Shown here: positions 9,103 to 20,084 of the stretch, piece by piece
Numbering within the stretch: the first letter of the stretch is position 1
Layout of the letters: the number at the start of each line of letters is the position of its first letter
NCBI GenBank assembly: GCA_963801505.1
Contig: CAWDEY010000002.1
Coordinates: 14,231-78,230, forward strand
Source of the DNA: an uncultured Nitrospira sp.
GTDB taxonomy: Bacteria; Nitrospirota; Thermodesulfovibrionia; Thermodesulfovibrionales; UBA6898
Length of the DNA stretch: 64,000 nt
Direction: 5' to 3'
Made by a program: the position numbers and the translations under genes
The notes under the pieces: generated by a model
What the model was told of the DNA's origin: nothing
Seen by the model: only the letters and a program-made list of their open reading frames with translations
The model's database searches: none

Positions 9103-9272
9103 AAAACTAAAAACGACAGTTCATTCACCACAGAGACACGGAGACTCTGAGAAAACAAAGGGTTGTAGAATAATTTTGTTTCGCCATCAAGGAGAAGGAA
9201 TCATTCAGGCTTTTTCTCTTACTTCTCAACTCTGTGCCTCAGTGTCTCTGCGGTTAACTGCTTTTTCAAGGA
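9103..9272. mobile_element. MITE-like element, family A copy 1 (CCACAGAG-type terminal inverted repeats)
   Basis: Left end CTAAAAACGACAGTTCATTCACCACAGAGACACGGAG and right end CTCAGTGTCTCTGCGGTTAACTGCTTTTTCAAGG are inverted. The core is about 85 percent identical, in reverse orientation, to 35034-35199. Confidence 0.8.
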
Positions 9273-9275
9273 TAA

Positions 9276-10719
<1,444 letters not shown>

Positions 10720-10723
<4 letters not shown>

Positions 10724-12041
10724 ACATATTGATAAAAAACGGACATCTGGTTGACCCCTCTCAGGGGATTGACGGCATATGCGATATACTTGTAGAAAAT
10801 GGAAAAATCAAGGAAGTGCAAAAGCGCGGAAGTGCGGAAGCGCGGAAGAAAAAGAATTCGGAATCCCAAAATCCCGGGCCAGCGGGCTATCAGATCATCG
10901 ACGCAACGGACATGCTCGTCCTTCCAGGCCTTGTTGATATGCATGTTCATTTGAGAGAGCCGGGCTTTGAATACAAGGAGACCATACAGACAGGCACAGA
11001 GGCTGCGGTAGCAGGTGGGATCACCTCGGTCTGCTGCATGCCAAATACAAACCCTGTAAATGACAACGCAAGCGTAACTGATTTCATACTGAAAAGGACA
11101 ATGGAGAGAGGATTTTGCGACGTATTCCCTGTAGGCGCCATCACAAAAGGCCAAAAAGGTGAGGAACTCGCTGAATTCGGTATGATGTACGAGGCAGGGT
11201 GTATCGCCTTTTCTGATGACGGCAGGCCTGTCACGGACAGTCTGATAATGCGCAGGGCACTTGAATATTCAAAGATATTCAACGTGCCGGTAATATCCCA
11301 TGCAGAGGACATCTCCCTTTCTGCCGGAGGGGTAATGAACGAAGGGCTCCTGTCGTTCAAACTCGGGCTCAAGGGCATCCCATCGCAGGCTGAAGAGATC
11401 ATGATCTGCCGTGACATCGCCCTTGCAGAACTTACAGGAGGCCGTCTGCATATAGCGCATGTCTCGACAAAAGGCTCTGTTGAACTGATACGGTCAGCCA
11501 AAAAGAGAGGTATCGCGGATGTCACTGCCGAGACCTGTCCTCATTATTTCAGCATCACAGAAGAGGCAGTCGAAGGATATAACACAAACGCCAAGGTAAA
11601 CCCGCCACTGAGAAGAAATGAGGACGTGGAGGCGATCAAGGAAGGGGCTCACGGACAACACCATAGATGTTATCGTCACAGACCACGCACCGCATCACAG
11701 GGATGAAAAACTCGGGGAATTCGATCTGGCGCCTTCAGGCATTTCAGGGTTTGAAACATCAATAGGCCTGAGCATGAAGCTCGTTGATGAAGGGGTCCTC
11801 ACTCTGAAGCAGCTGATAGAGAAGATGACCCTGAATCCCTCAAAGATCGTAGGCATAAGTAAAGGGACGCTTAGAGCAGGGAGCAGATGCAGACCTCGTA
11901 ATTCTGGATACACACAATGAATATACAGTTGATTCAGCCGGCTTCAGATCAAAGGGAAAGAACACTCCTTTTGAGGGATGGAAACTCAAGGCCAGGCCGG
12001 TTGCAACCATCTCAAAGGGAAGGATATATACATGGCAATAA
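10720..12041 (+). pseudogene. pyrC: dihydroorotase gene carrying two +1 frame breaks
   Basis: [14 protein letters not shown] in frame 1. [19 protein letters not shown] follows in the next frame after the GGGG run at 11644-11647. [15 protein letters not shown]...[10 protein letters not shown] follows in the third frame after about 11885. Stop overlaps the carA ATG. Confidence 0.85.
10824..10878 (+). repeat. bipartite short-tandem-repeat element inside pyrC
   Basis: GCGCGGAA GTGCGGAA GCGCGGAA, spacer GAAAAAG, then AATTCGG AATCCCA AAATCCC; encodes [15 protein letters not shown] within a loop preceding the PGLVD metal site. Confidence 0.7.
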
Positions 12042-13210
12042 AGGCGTTACTCGTTCTCGCAGACGGAATGGTCTTTGAAGGCAGTGGTTTCGGTGCAGAA
12101 GGTGAAACTATCGGGGAAGTGGTCTTTAACACCTCGATGACAGGCTACCAGGAGATACTGACAGACGCCTCCTATAAAGGCCAGATCGTCACCATGACCT
12201 GCACGCAGATAGGCAACTACGGCATTACGGAAGAAGACATCGAATCTGCGGGAGGCATAAAGGCAGAGGGTTTTATCGTAAAGGAGGCCTGTGATTTCCC
12301 GAGCAACTGGCGCTCGTCTTCAAGCCTGATTGGATACATGAAAAAATACAACGTCGTCGGCATTCAGGGCCTGGATACCAGGGCCTTGACTAAACATCTG
12401 AGAAACTGCGGGGCGCAGCCAGGGATCATCTCGACCATTGAGGCAGATCCTTTGAATCTTCTGAAAAAGGTCAGGGCCCATCCCGGGATATCCACCTTTG
12501 ATCTTGTCAAAGAAGTGACGACTGATAAGGTCTATCATTGGACAGAGGGTTGCTGGAAATGGGGACTTAACAATGGGATTGGGGATTCGGGATTGGAGAT
12601 TGGATTAAAAGATAAGACTAACCCCCAGCCCCCAATTCCTAATCCCTATAAAGTGGTTGTATATGACTTTGGTGTCAAGTTCAATATTTTGAGAAACCTT
12701 GTGACTGCGGGGTTCCACGTCACTGTTGTGCCTGCACAGACACCTGCAGAGGCTGTGCTTGAAATGCAATCTGACGGCATCCTGCTGAGCAACGGACCAG
12801 GTGACCCTGAAACAGTGACCTACGCGATAGAAAATACTAAAAAATTACTGGGGAGGAAGCCGATATTCGGCATCTGTCTCGGACATCAGATACTAGGGCT
12901 TGCCCTGGGTGGCAGGACGTACAAACTGAAATTCGGCCACCATGGCGGGAACCACCCTGTCAAGGACTTGTCTACCGGCAAAGTCGAGATAACATCGCAA
13001 AACCACAATTATTGTGTAGACATAAAAAGCCTGCAGGGCAAGGTCAGACTCACGCATACAAACCTCTATGACAACACAGAGGAAGGCATGCAGCATCTGG
13101 AACTCCCGGTCTTTTCAGTGCAGCATCATCCTGAGGCTGGGCCTGGACCAAATGATTCAACACATCTTTTTGGAAGGTTCAGGCAACTGATACAAAACGG
13201 TACATTTTGA
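12032..13210 (+). CDS. carA: carbamoyl-phosphate synthase small (glutaminase) subunit
   Basis: [12 protein letters not shown] start, IFGICLGHQ active-site Cys, HHPE; the ORF-track start at 11978 is an artefactual extension across the pyrC 3-prime end. Confidence 0.93.
   Translation: MAIKALLVLADGMVFEGSGFGAEGETIGEVVFNTSMTGYQEILTDASYKGQIVTMTCTQIGNYGITEEDIESAGGIKAEGFIVKEACDFPSNWRSSSSLIGYMKKYNVVGIQGLDTRALTKHLRNCGAQPGIISTIEADPLNLLKKVRAHPGISTFDLVKEVTTDKVYHWTEGCWKWGLNNGIGDSGLEIGLKDKTNPQPPIPNPYKVVVYDFGVKFNILRNLVTAGFHVTVVPAQTPAEAVLEMQSDGILLSNGPGDPETVTYAIENTKKLLGRKPIFGICLGHQILGLALGGRTYKLKFGHHGGNHPVKDLSTGKVEITSQNHNYCVDIKSLQGKVRLTHTNLYDNTEEGMQHLELPVFSVQHHPEAGPGPNDSTHLFGRFRQLIQNGTF
12575..12646 (+). repeat. 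bipartite heptamer-array element inside carA (72 nt)
   Basis: GGGATTG GGGATTC GGGATTG GAGATTG ..., spacer AAAAGATAAGAC, then TAACCCC CAGCCCC CAATTCC TAATCCC; the second arm is roughly the reverse complement of the first. Confidence 0.85.
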
Positions 13211-13839
13211 AGAGTGCGGCAGAGAAAAACTATACGATAGACAAAGAGGAGGGCAAACTCATTTTTACTACTCCGGCATACAGGGCTGATCCTGACAGTG
13301 TTCTGCACAGCGGAATATACAACAGGGAGTTTTCATCCATGCTCGCCTCAGCTACCTCAGGCGGGATTGTGTATATAATTACTGCCATGAATACAGGCAA
13401 TACAATTGCCCGTTCAATGGCCTTTCTGCTGACCTTTGCCGTAAGTTTCCCCTTCTTCAGAAAATATATTTTCAGAGAGCACTTTCTGGAAGTGGTCTTC
13501 GATGCTGCCGCCGGAGAGGCTAAGATACTCAAAAGCCGGATAACAAAGAGATTGAAGGAAACGATCTCTATAAAGAACATAAAGGACATCACCATTGAAA
13601 GCAAAAAGCACGAAGCAGACAATCCTGATGCCGTGAGATTTGTTAAACAAATATCCCTTCAGCACGGAACAGTCATCCCCGGCTTTGGTGATGAAAAAAC
13701 ACTCTTCCTGCTGAAACTGCATCTGTCCGACGGTTCTGAAAGGACCATTTATACGGACAATACTATGCAGGATGTGCTCTCTGCACATGATGAAATAAAG
13801 GAATTTCTGGGATTTATAAATGTGCAGGTGGATAGCTGA
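13207..13839 (+). CDS. hypothetical membrane protein between carA and carB
   Basis: 210-aa ORF; TTG start overlaps the carA stop; two central hydrophobic helices; no family recognised. Confidence 0.4.
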   Translation: MKSAAEKNYTIDKEEGKLIFTTPAYRADPDSVLHSGIYNREFSSMLASATSGGIVYIITAMNTGNTIARSMAFLLTFAVSFPFFRKYIFREHFLEVVFDAAAGEAKILKSRITKRLKETISIKNIKDITIESKKHEADNPDAVRFVKQISLQHGTVIPGFGDEKTLFLLKLHLSDGSERTIYTDNTMQDVLSAHDEIKEFLGFINVQVDS

Positions 13840-13863
13840 AGCTGTAAGGTTTCCGGCAGCCAT

Positions 13864-13954
13864 GGCGTCAGGCACAAGGCGTCGGGCATGAGATGACCGG
13901 ACAAGCCGCTGCAGAAATTTGGAACTTGGCAGCCTTCAGACTTCGCTCTAAACG
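13864..13954. repeat. bipartite heptamer-array element, intergenic (orf-carB)
   Basis: GGCGTCA GGCACAA GGCGTCG GGCATGA GATGACC, 21-nt spacer, then TGGAACT TGGCAGC CTTCAGA CTTCGCT CTAAACG. Confidence 0.65.
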
Positions 13955-14002
13955 AGACCACAGGGTGTAATAATTATAAATACTTATATCTGAGAGGTCA
14001 AA

Positions 14003-17000
14003 TTGCCAAAGAGAGAAGATATTAAAAGCATCCTTATCATCGGCTCAGGTCCGATTATCATAGGACAGGCCTGTGAGTTTGATTACTCCGGAACGCAGTC
14101 ATGCAAGGCCCTGAGAGACGAAGGCTACAAGGTCATTCTGGTAAACTCCAATCCGGCAACTATCATGACGGACCCTGAGACCGCTGACGTCACTTACATC
14201 GAGCCGCTCAATGTCGAGATCCTGGAGTTGATCATCGAAAAGGAGCGTCCTGATGCAATACTGCCCACCATGGGCGGTCAGACAGCGCTGAACCTCACAG
14301 TCGAACTCGCTGAAAAAGGCATTCTCGAAAAATACAACGTTGAACTCATAGGGGCCAAACTCCCTGCGATCAAAAAGGCCGAGGACAGGGAGCTGTTCAA
14401 AAAAGCTATGGCGAAGATAGGACTGGATGTCCCCAAAAGCTCGGCAGTAACCAGCATGAAAGAGGGGCTTAAAGCTGTGGAGCATTTAGGGTTCCCCGCA
14501 ATACTCAGACCTGCTTTTACACTCGGTGGAACAGGCGGAGGCATAGCCTACAACATGGAAGAATACACGGAACTCCTAGATAAGGGGCTGAAGCTCAGCC
14601 CCGTAAGACAGGTCCTTGTAGAGGAATCAGCCCTGGGATGGAAAGAGTATGAACTGGAAGTCATGCGGGACACGAAAGACAATGTTGTTATCATATGTTC
14701 CATAGAGAATTTTGATCCCATGGGAGTGCACACAGGGGATTCAATAACCGTGGCACCGGCCCAGACACTGACTGACAAGGAATATCAGAGGATGAGAGAC
14801 GCCTCTGTCGCGATCATCCGCGAAATAGGCGTTGACACGGGAGGGTCGAACATACAGTTTGCGATCAATCCTAAAAACGGCCGCATGATCGTCATAGAAA
14901 TGAACCCGAGGGTCTCAAGGAGTTCCGCTCTTGCGTCAAAGGCAACAGGTTTCCCGATTGCCAAGATAGCCGCCAAACTCGCGGTAGGACTTACCCTCGA
15001 TGAGATAAAAAATGACATAACACGTGAAACACCTGCATCCTTTGAGCCTACGCTGGACTATGTGGTGACCAAGTTCCCGAGGTTCGCCTTTGAAAAATTT
15101 CCCGAGGCAGACCCTGTGCTGACCACCCAGATGAAGTCTGTAGGAGAGGCCATGTCCATAGGCAGGACCTTTAAGGAATCCCTGCAGAAGGCCCTCCGGA
15201 GCCTTGAGACCGGAAGTTATGGTTTTGAGGAAGTCGACGGCGACCCTGACAGGATAAAGACAAAGCTGAAGATCCCCGGCGCTGAACGGATATGGTATAT
15301 CGCCCAGGCCATGCGTATTGGCATGGATATAAATACAATACATGAATATACACAGATAGACCCGTGGTTCCTGGAAAATATAAAGCAGATACTTGATATG
15401 GAAGATAAGATCAGGGCGGAAGCCCGGAAAAGGGAAAGAGCAGAAGGTCAGAAGCAGAAAAACATCGGCCCTTTGGACTTCCGGTCTTCAGCACTTCAGA
15501 ACCTCAGCACTATTGTCCGTGAGGCCAAGGAATACGGGTTCTCTGACAGAAGGCTGGCACAACTGCTCGGCACCGCGGAAATGGATGTCAGGGGATTCAG
15601 GAAGAAACATGGCATAGTCCCGATATATAAGATCGTGGACACCTGCGCTGCGGAGTTCGAGGCCTTTACCCCCTATCTTTATTCGACCTATGAAAGACCG
15701 TTCTACAAAATACAGGAGTCAGAAGTCAGAAGTCAGAAGTCAGAAGAAAAAAACAACTCGGAACTCGGAACCCGGAACTCGGAACTATTTTTTGATTGCG
15801 AGGCAAACCCCACAGACAGGCAGAAGGTGATCATTCTGGGGTCAGGCCCAAACAGGATAGGACAGGGAGTTGAATTCGATTATTGCTGTGTCCACGCAGT
15901 ATTTGCCCTGAGAGAACTAGGATATGAGACCATAATGATCAACTGCAACCCCGAGACAGTAAGTACAGACTACGATACCTCGGACAGACTCTATTTTGAA
16001 CCGCTCACTATCGAAGACACACTGAATATCATCGAAAAAGAGAAACCTATCGGCGTGATAGTCCAGGTAGGAGGTCAGACTCCTCTGAAGCTGGCGGTGC
16101 CCCTTGAAAAGGAAGGCATCAGGATCCTCGGGACCTCCCCGGATTCCATAGACCGCGCTGAGGACAGGAAACGTTTCAAGCAACTCCTCCATAAACTTCA
16201 GCTGAGACAGCCTGAAAGCGATACAGCCATGTCCGTGGAGGAAGCTGTCTCGGCAGCCCACAAAATCGGTTATCCTGTAATGGTACGGCCTTCCTATGTG
16301 CTCGGAGGAAGGGCCATGGAGATCGTCTATGATGAAGAGTCTATACGCGATTATATGGAGCGAACTGTAAAAGGCGCTCCCAAGCACCCCATCCTTGTCG
16401 ACAAATATCTGGATGATGCGATAGAGGTGGATGTTGATGCCCTCTCTGACGGCACGGACGTGATAATCGGCGGGGTAATGGAACATATAGAAGAGGCAGG
16501 CATACATTCCGGGGATTCGGCCTGCTCGCTGCCCCCCTATTCCCTTAACAACGATATCATCGCGGAGATCAAGCGGCAGACCAGCGCCCTGGCGCTCGAG
16601 CTGGGAGTTATCGGTCTTATGAACATACAGTTTGCGGTAAAAAAAGACGAGATCTATATCCTTGAGGTCAATCCCCGGGCTTCCAGAACTGTCCCTTTTG
16701 TCAGCAAGGCCACCGGCGTGCCGCTGGCAAAGCTCGCGGCAAAGATAATGGTCGGCAAGACCCTTAAGGAACTCGGGATAACAGAGGAAAAGACAATATC
16801 ACATGTCGCAGTGAAAGAAGCTGTATTTCCCTTTGACAAATTTGCCGGCGTTGACTCCATACTCGGGCCTGAGATGAAGTCAACCGGAGAGGTCATGGGA
16901 ATAGATGAAGATTTTGGACGGGCCTTCGCCAAGGCCCAGGCCTCCTCAGACAATGTGCTTCCCATAACAGGAAAGATAGTCATCAGCATCAGAGACAAGG

Positions 17001-17368
17001 ACAAGCCCGGGATATGCAATATCGTGGGAAGACTGTTCTCTGCTGGTTTTTCAATTGTCGCAACCAGGGGTACCGCCGCTTTTCTGAGTGAGAAAGGTCT
17101 TGAGGTGGAAGTCATAAACAAAGTCGGAGAAGGCAGGCCCCATATCGTTGACCTGATTAAAAACAAAGAGATAGTCTTTGTCATTAACACAGTCAGCGGC
17201 GCGCAGGCCCAGAAGGACTCTTTCTCGATCCGGAGGAGCGCACTTCAGTACGGGATACCCTTTACGACCACGGTCTCAGGCGCAAAGGCTGTAGTCAATG
17301 CTATAGAAATGCTCCGGAAGAAAAAAATAAATATTCGTTCGATACAGGAGTATCATAAATTATCGTAG
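14003..17368 (+). CDS. carB: carbamoyl-phosphate synthase large subunit
   Basis: Two ATP-grasp halves ([19 protein letters not shown] and [17 protein letters not shown]), oligomerisation and MGS-like domains; 1121 aa; intact despite an internal repeat insertion. Confidence 0.96.
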   Translation: MPKREDIKSILIIGSGPIIIGQACEFDYSGTQSCKALRDEGYKVILVNSNPATIMTDPETADVTYIEPLNVEILELIIEKERPDAILPTMGGQTALNLTVELAEKGILEKYNVELIGAKLPAIKKAEDRELFKKAMAKIGLDVPKSSAVTSMKEGLKAVEHLGFPAILRPAFTLGGTGGGIAYNMEEYTELLDKGLKLSPVRQVLVEESALGWKEYELEVMRDTKDNVVIICSIENFDPMGVHTGDSITVAPAQTLTDKEYQRMRDASVAIIREIGVDTGGSNIQFAINPKNGRMIVIEMNPRVSRSSALASKATGFPIAKIAAKLAVGLTLDEIKNDITRETPASFEPTLDYVVTKFPRFAFEKFPEADPVLTTQMKSVGEAMSIGRTFKESLQKALRSLETGSYGFEEVDGDPDRIKTKLKIPGAERIWYIAQAMRIGMDINTIHEYTQIDPWFLENIKQILDMEDKIRAEARKRERAEGQKQKNIGPLDFRSSALQNLSTIVREAKEYGFSDRRLAQLLGTAEMDVRGFRKKHGIVPIYKIVDTCAAEFEAFTPYLYSTYERPFYKIQESEVRSQKSEEKNNSELGTRNSELFFDCEANPTDRQKVIILGSGPNRIGQGVEFDYCCVHAVFALRELGYETIMINCNPETVSTDYDTSDRLYFEPLTIEDTLNIIEKEKPIGVIVQVGGQTPLKLAVPLEKEGIRILGTSPDSIDRAEDRKRFKQLLHKLQLRQPESDTAMSVEEAVSAAHKIGYPVMVRPSYVLGGRAMEIVYDEESIRDYMERTVKGAPKHPILVDKYLDDAIEVDVDALSDGTDVIIGGVMEHIEEAGIHSGDSACSLPPYSLNNDIIAEIKRQTSALALELGVIGLMNIQFAVKKDEIYILEVNPRASRTVPFVSKATGVPLAKLAAKIMVGKTLKELGITEEKTISHVAVKEAVFPFDKFAGVDSILGPEMKSTGEVMGIDEDFGRAFAKAQASSDNVLPITGKIVISIRDKDKPGICNIVGRLFSAGFSIVATRGTAAFLSEKGLEVEVINKVGEGRPHIVDLIKNKEIVFVINTVSGAQAQKDSFSIRRSALQYGIPFTTTVSGAKAVVNAIEMLRKKKINIRSIQEYHKLS
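15717..15785 (+). repeat. bipartite heptamer-array element inside carB (69 nt)
   Basis: (AGTCAGA)x4 AG, spacer AAAAAAAC, then AACTCGG AACTCGG AACCCGG AACTCGG AAC; encodes [23 protein letters not shown]. Confidence 0.9.
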
Positions 17369-17433
17369 GACCAAGATAAGTCAGAAAAATCCTGCTAGAA
17401 TATACACATTACCAGAAATAAAAGGAGGCTTTT

Positions 17434-18648
17434 ATGACGTCCATTAAGAGGATCGGGATTATCACCAGCGGAGGAGATGCAGGGGGCCTTAACGCGGTCA
17501 TCAAGGGGGTGGCACGGGAGGCATATGCTCAGGGGATTGAATCGGTAGTAATACCGAACGGCTATGCCGGGCTTTATAATCTGGTCACTATGGAAAAGCT
17601 GGTAGTGCTCAACGCAGAAAGAGTGAGCCGGATAGAGGCCTCGGTTGCAGGGTCGGAGGCCGGGCATTCAAGGGTCAAGATAAGCAAGATAAATGATCCG
17701 GAGAGATACCAGCGGATCAAGGACGGCCTTAAGAAGTTCGGCATAGACGCCCTGGTCATAAGCGGCGGAGATGATACCGGGAGCGTGGTCGTGGACCTCG
17801 GCAACCAGGGGATACCTTGCATCCATGCGCCCAAGACCATGGACCTCGATCTTCAGCCCTATAGTGTAGGAGGAGATTCAGCGATCAACAGGATAGCGGT
17901 CATGGTCCGCGACCTCAAGACAACCGGCATGAGCCACAACCGCGTTATGATAGTAGAAGTCTTCGGCAGATACGTTGGACATACCGCGTTGCGCGGCGGC
18001 ATCGGGGCCGAGGCGGACTGCATCCTTATCCCTGAGATCCCGGTCGACTTCGACGTGGTCTACGATCATATAAAGGCCACCTATTTCGGAAGAATAGAGA
18101 GGAGCGATGTCAGGGCCGGCACCTATATGCTAGTTGTGGCTGAAGGAATAAAGACCTCAAGCGGAGAGATGCTCTATGATGAATCCTCAGGAGTGGACGC
18201 CTTCGGACATAAGAAGCTCGCAGGCGCCGGCAAGTACGTTAAACAGCAGATTGAAAAGAGGATGAAGGCAGACCCTCTGATAAAGGAGTTCATGAAACGG
18301 GTCGGCATGTTCACTCCTGGCGTCTATGAAATCCCCGAAGTCAGGGAAATTGTCCCGAGCCATCTCGTGCGTTCAGGGCAGACCTCTGCCTACGACGTCA
18401 ATTTTGGCTACAGGGCCGGGGCTGCGGCAGTGCTTATGCTCCTTGAAGGCAAGGCTGGAAACACAATCGTTGATCTCATCGGCAACCGCATAGAATATAT
18501 GCCGACTTCTGAAGCGATCAAAAGGAGAGAGGTTGACCTGACCGAAATTGCGCTCTTTGAAAGCCTCGGGACGTGCTTTGGAAGGAAGCCGGAAAAATAT
18601 GAATATACGCTTGAAGAAGTCACCGGCAGTATAGAAAGACATCTGTAG
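17434..18648 (+). CDS. 6-phosphofructokinase family protein (GGDDT-type, possibly PPi-dependent)
   Basis: IGIITSGGDAGGLNAVIKG, ISGGDDTGS, PKTMDLDL, EVFGRYVGHTAL; PfkA-family fold. The GGDD variant is characteristic of PPi-PFKs, but specificity is not provable here. Confidence 0.8.
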   Translation: MTSIKRIGIITSGGDAGGLNAVIKGVAREAYAQGIESVVIPNGYAGLYNLVTMEKLVVLNAERVSRIEASVAGSEAGHSRVKISKINDPERYQRIKDGLKKFGIDALVISGGDDTGSVVVDLGNQGIPCIHAPKTMDLDLQPYSVGGDSAINRIAVMVRDLKTTGMSHNRVMIVEVFGRYVGHTALRGGIGAEADCILIPEIPVDFDVVYDHIKATYFGRIERSDVRAGTYMLVVAEGIKTSSGEMLYDESSGVDAFGHKKLAGAGKYVKQQIEKRMKADPLIKEFMKRVGMFTPGVYEIPEVREIVPSHLVRSGQTSAYDVNFGYRAGAAAVLMLLEGKAGNTIVDLIGNRIEYMPTSEAIKRREVDLTEIALFESLGTCFGRKPEKYEYTLEEVTGSIERHL

Positions 18649-18666
18649 AATATTGAGGTGACCAAC

Positions 18667-18708
18667 AAAAGGCGGCGCGTACTTTTGGTATGCGCCGCCT
18701 TTTTTATT
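18667..18708 (+). terminator. Rho-independent terminator after pfk
   Basis: GGCGGCGC-13 nt loop-GCGCCGCC followed by TTTTTTATT. Confidence 0.8.
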
Positions 18709-18711
18709 GAA

Positions 18712-19016
18712 ATAAATGGCGACTGCTTGTTGCGGGTTTTGCCGACTCTATTGTTTTTGCCCTTCCGACACAGGCGACCGCCAATGCCATGTTTGACCGT
18801 CTTGAACGTATTGCCCCATTGCTTTTTGAAAATCACGCAAATATAATCCTTGCCCACGGCTTGGCTCGTTTCAACGAGAAATTCGCCGCATATAAAAAGG
18901 CTGGGGTTGACGGCTACGAAGAAGACGGATTCACCGCATACGTGGGGATGAATCGTGGGCGACACAATACAGGTCTTGCATCCATATATGTTCCCCGCAT
19001 CCGTGAAATGACCTGA
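18712..19016 (+). pseudogene. cas3: relic fragment of a Cas3-type helicase gene
   Basis: An open frame of about 100 codons reads WRLLVAGFADSIVFALPTQATANAMFDRLERIAPLLFENHANIILAHG. ALPTxATANAM is the helicase motif Ia region I recall as typical of type I Cas3. No start context, no rest of the gene. Confidence 0.5.
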
Positions 19017-19023
19017 ACCAAAT

Positions 19024-20031
19024 TTACCTGGTATCTTTTCCTGATATCCCTGGAATAAGCTCCCTGTACTGAGCGTCGGAAATCCTGGAATGCCAATTGC
19101 CGGTTAACATACCCGCCCCGATAATAAAATAAAATATCACAACGAGTATCGCTGCATAGAAATACGGGTTGAAAACTTTACGGTTTTTGCCTGTCTTAAG
19201 CGTAATATCCAGAGCGCCTTCAGAGGGACAACGGCTCACACAGGTCAGGCAACCGAAACATTCCGGAGAACTGACCACTTCTTTTTTATCAACAGGCAGA
19301 AGCGATGGACAGTTCCTGCTGCAGGTCCCGCAGCGTGTACATTGCTCCTCGTTCCGTCTTATTTTTACAGGACTTAAATAGCTCAGGAGGCCCAGAAGCG
19401 CTCCATAGGGACAAAGATACCTGCACCAGAAATTCTTGTAGATCAGGGAAGAGCTGCTGATCACAAGGAGTGACCAGAAGGCGGTCGCTGACATCTCTGT
19501 AAAAAACTTCATTGTCCTGACATCGGCTGTCTTGTAATAATCAGAGGAGAAAAAACTGGCCATCACCTCCGGAGCCATTTTAATCCCGATCATAAACAAA
19601 AAAAAGGCCATAAGCAGATACTTCACGGACCGTACAGAGACATTGATATATTTATTCGCCCTGAAGTTTTTACCGAAGAGCTTCTCTCCAGCCATCCAGA
19701 AATACTGGGACAGAGTGCCTACTGGACAGATCCAGCCGCAAAAACCCTTTTTCATTAAGAGCGAAACAGCCGCTATCGCAACGAACATGGTGAAGGCCGC
19801 CGGATGGACCTGTTCAATAATCCCGGTCAATAAAAAATACTTGAAAGACATCAGCCCTGCGATGGGCAGAAATGCATCAACGGAAGGCGGCCTTGGTACA
19901 AAGGGAAAGCCGGCACCTTCAAAGTGTATCACAAAACTGCAGAACCTGTAGCCTGTTACAATGGTTACCAAAAAGAACGCTAACTGCACCGCATATCTGA
20001 TTTTCCTGAGATGTATCCTGCCTTCAAACAT
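19024..20031 (-). CDS. membrane-bound 4Fe-4S polyferredoxin, NapH/MauN-like
   Basis: CGWICPVGT and CRYLCPYG membrane Cys motifs plus two ferredoxin clusters CTRCGTCSRNCP and CFGCLTCVSRCP; multiple TM helices. Confidence 0.8.
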   Translation of the reverse strand: MFEGRIHLRKIRYAVQLAFFLVTIVTGYRFCSFVIHFEGAGFPFVPRPPSVDAFLPIAGLMSFKYFLLTGIIEQVHPAAFTMFVAIAAVSLLMKKGFCGWICPVGTLSQYFWMAGEKLFGKNFRANKYINVSVRSVKYLLMAFFLFMIGIKMAPEVMASFFSSDYYKTADVRTMKFFTEMSATAFWSLLVISSSSLIYKNFWCRYLCPYGALLGLLSYLSPVKIRRNEEQCTRCGTCSRNCPSLLPVDKKEVVSSPECFGCLTCVSRCPSEGALDITLKTGKNRKVFNPYFYAAILVVIFYFIIGAGMLTGNWHSRISDAQYRELIPGISGKDTR

Positions 20032-20084
20032 AATTATATGATAGAACTTCTGTTAATCAAAAGATTATGATTTTTGTCATGCTT

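Noticed and set aside
11978-12031. N-terminal extension of carA ([18 protein letters not shown])
   Set aside because: This stretch is the 3-prime end of pyrC read in another frame. The conserved CarA N-terminus begins at [12 protein letters not shown] (12032), and ATGGCAATAA gives stop/start overlap.
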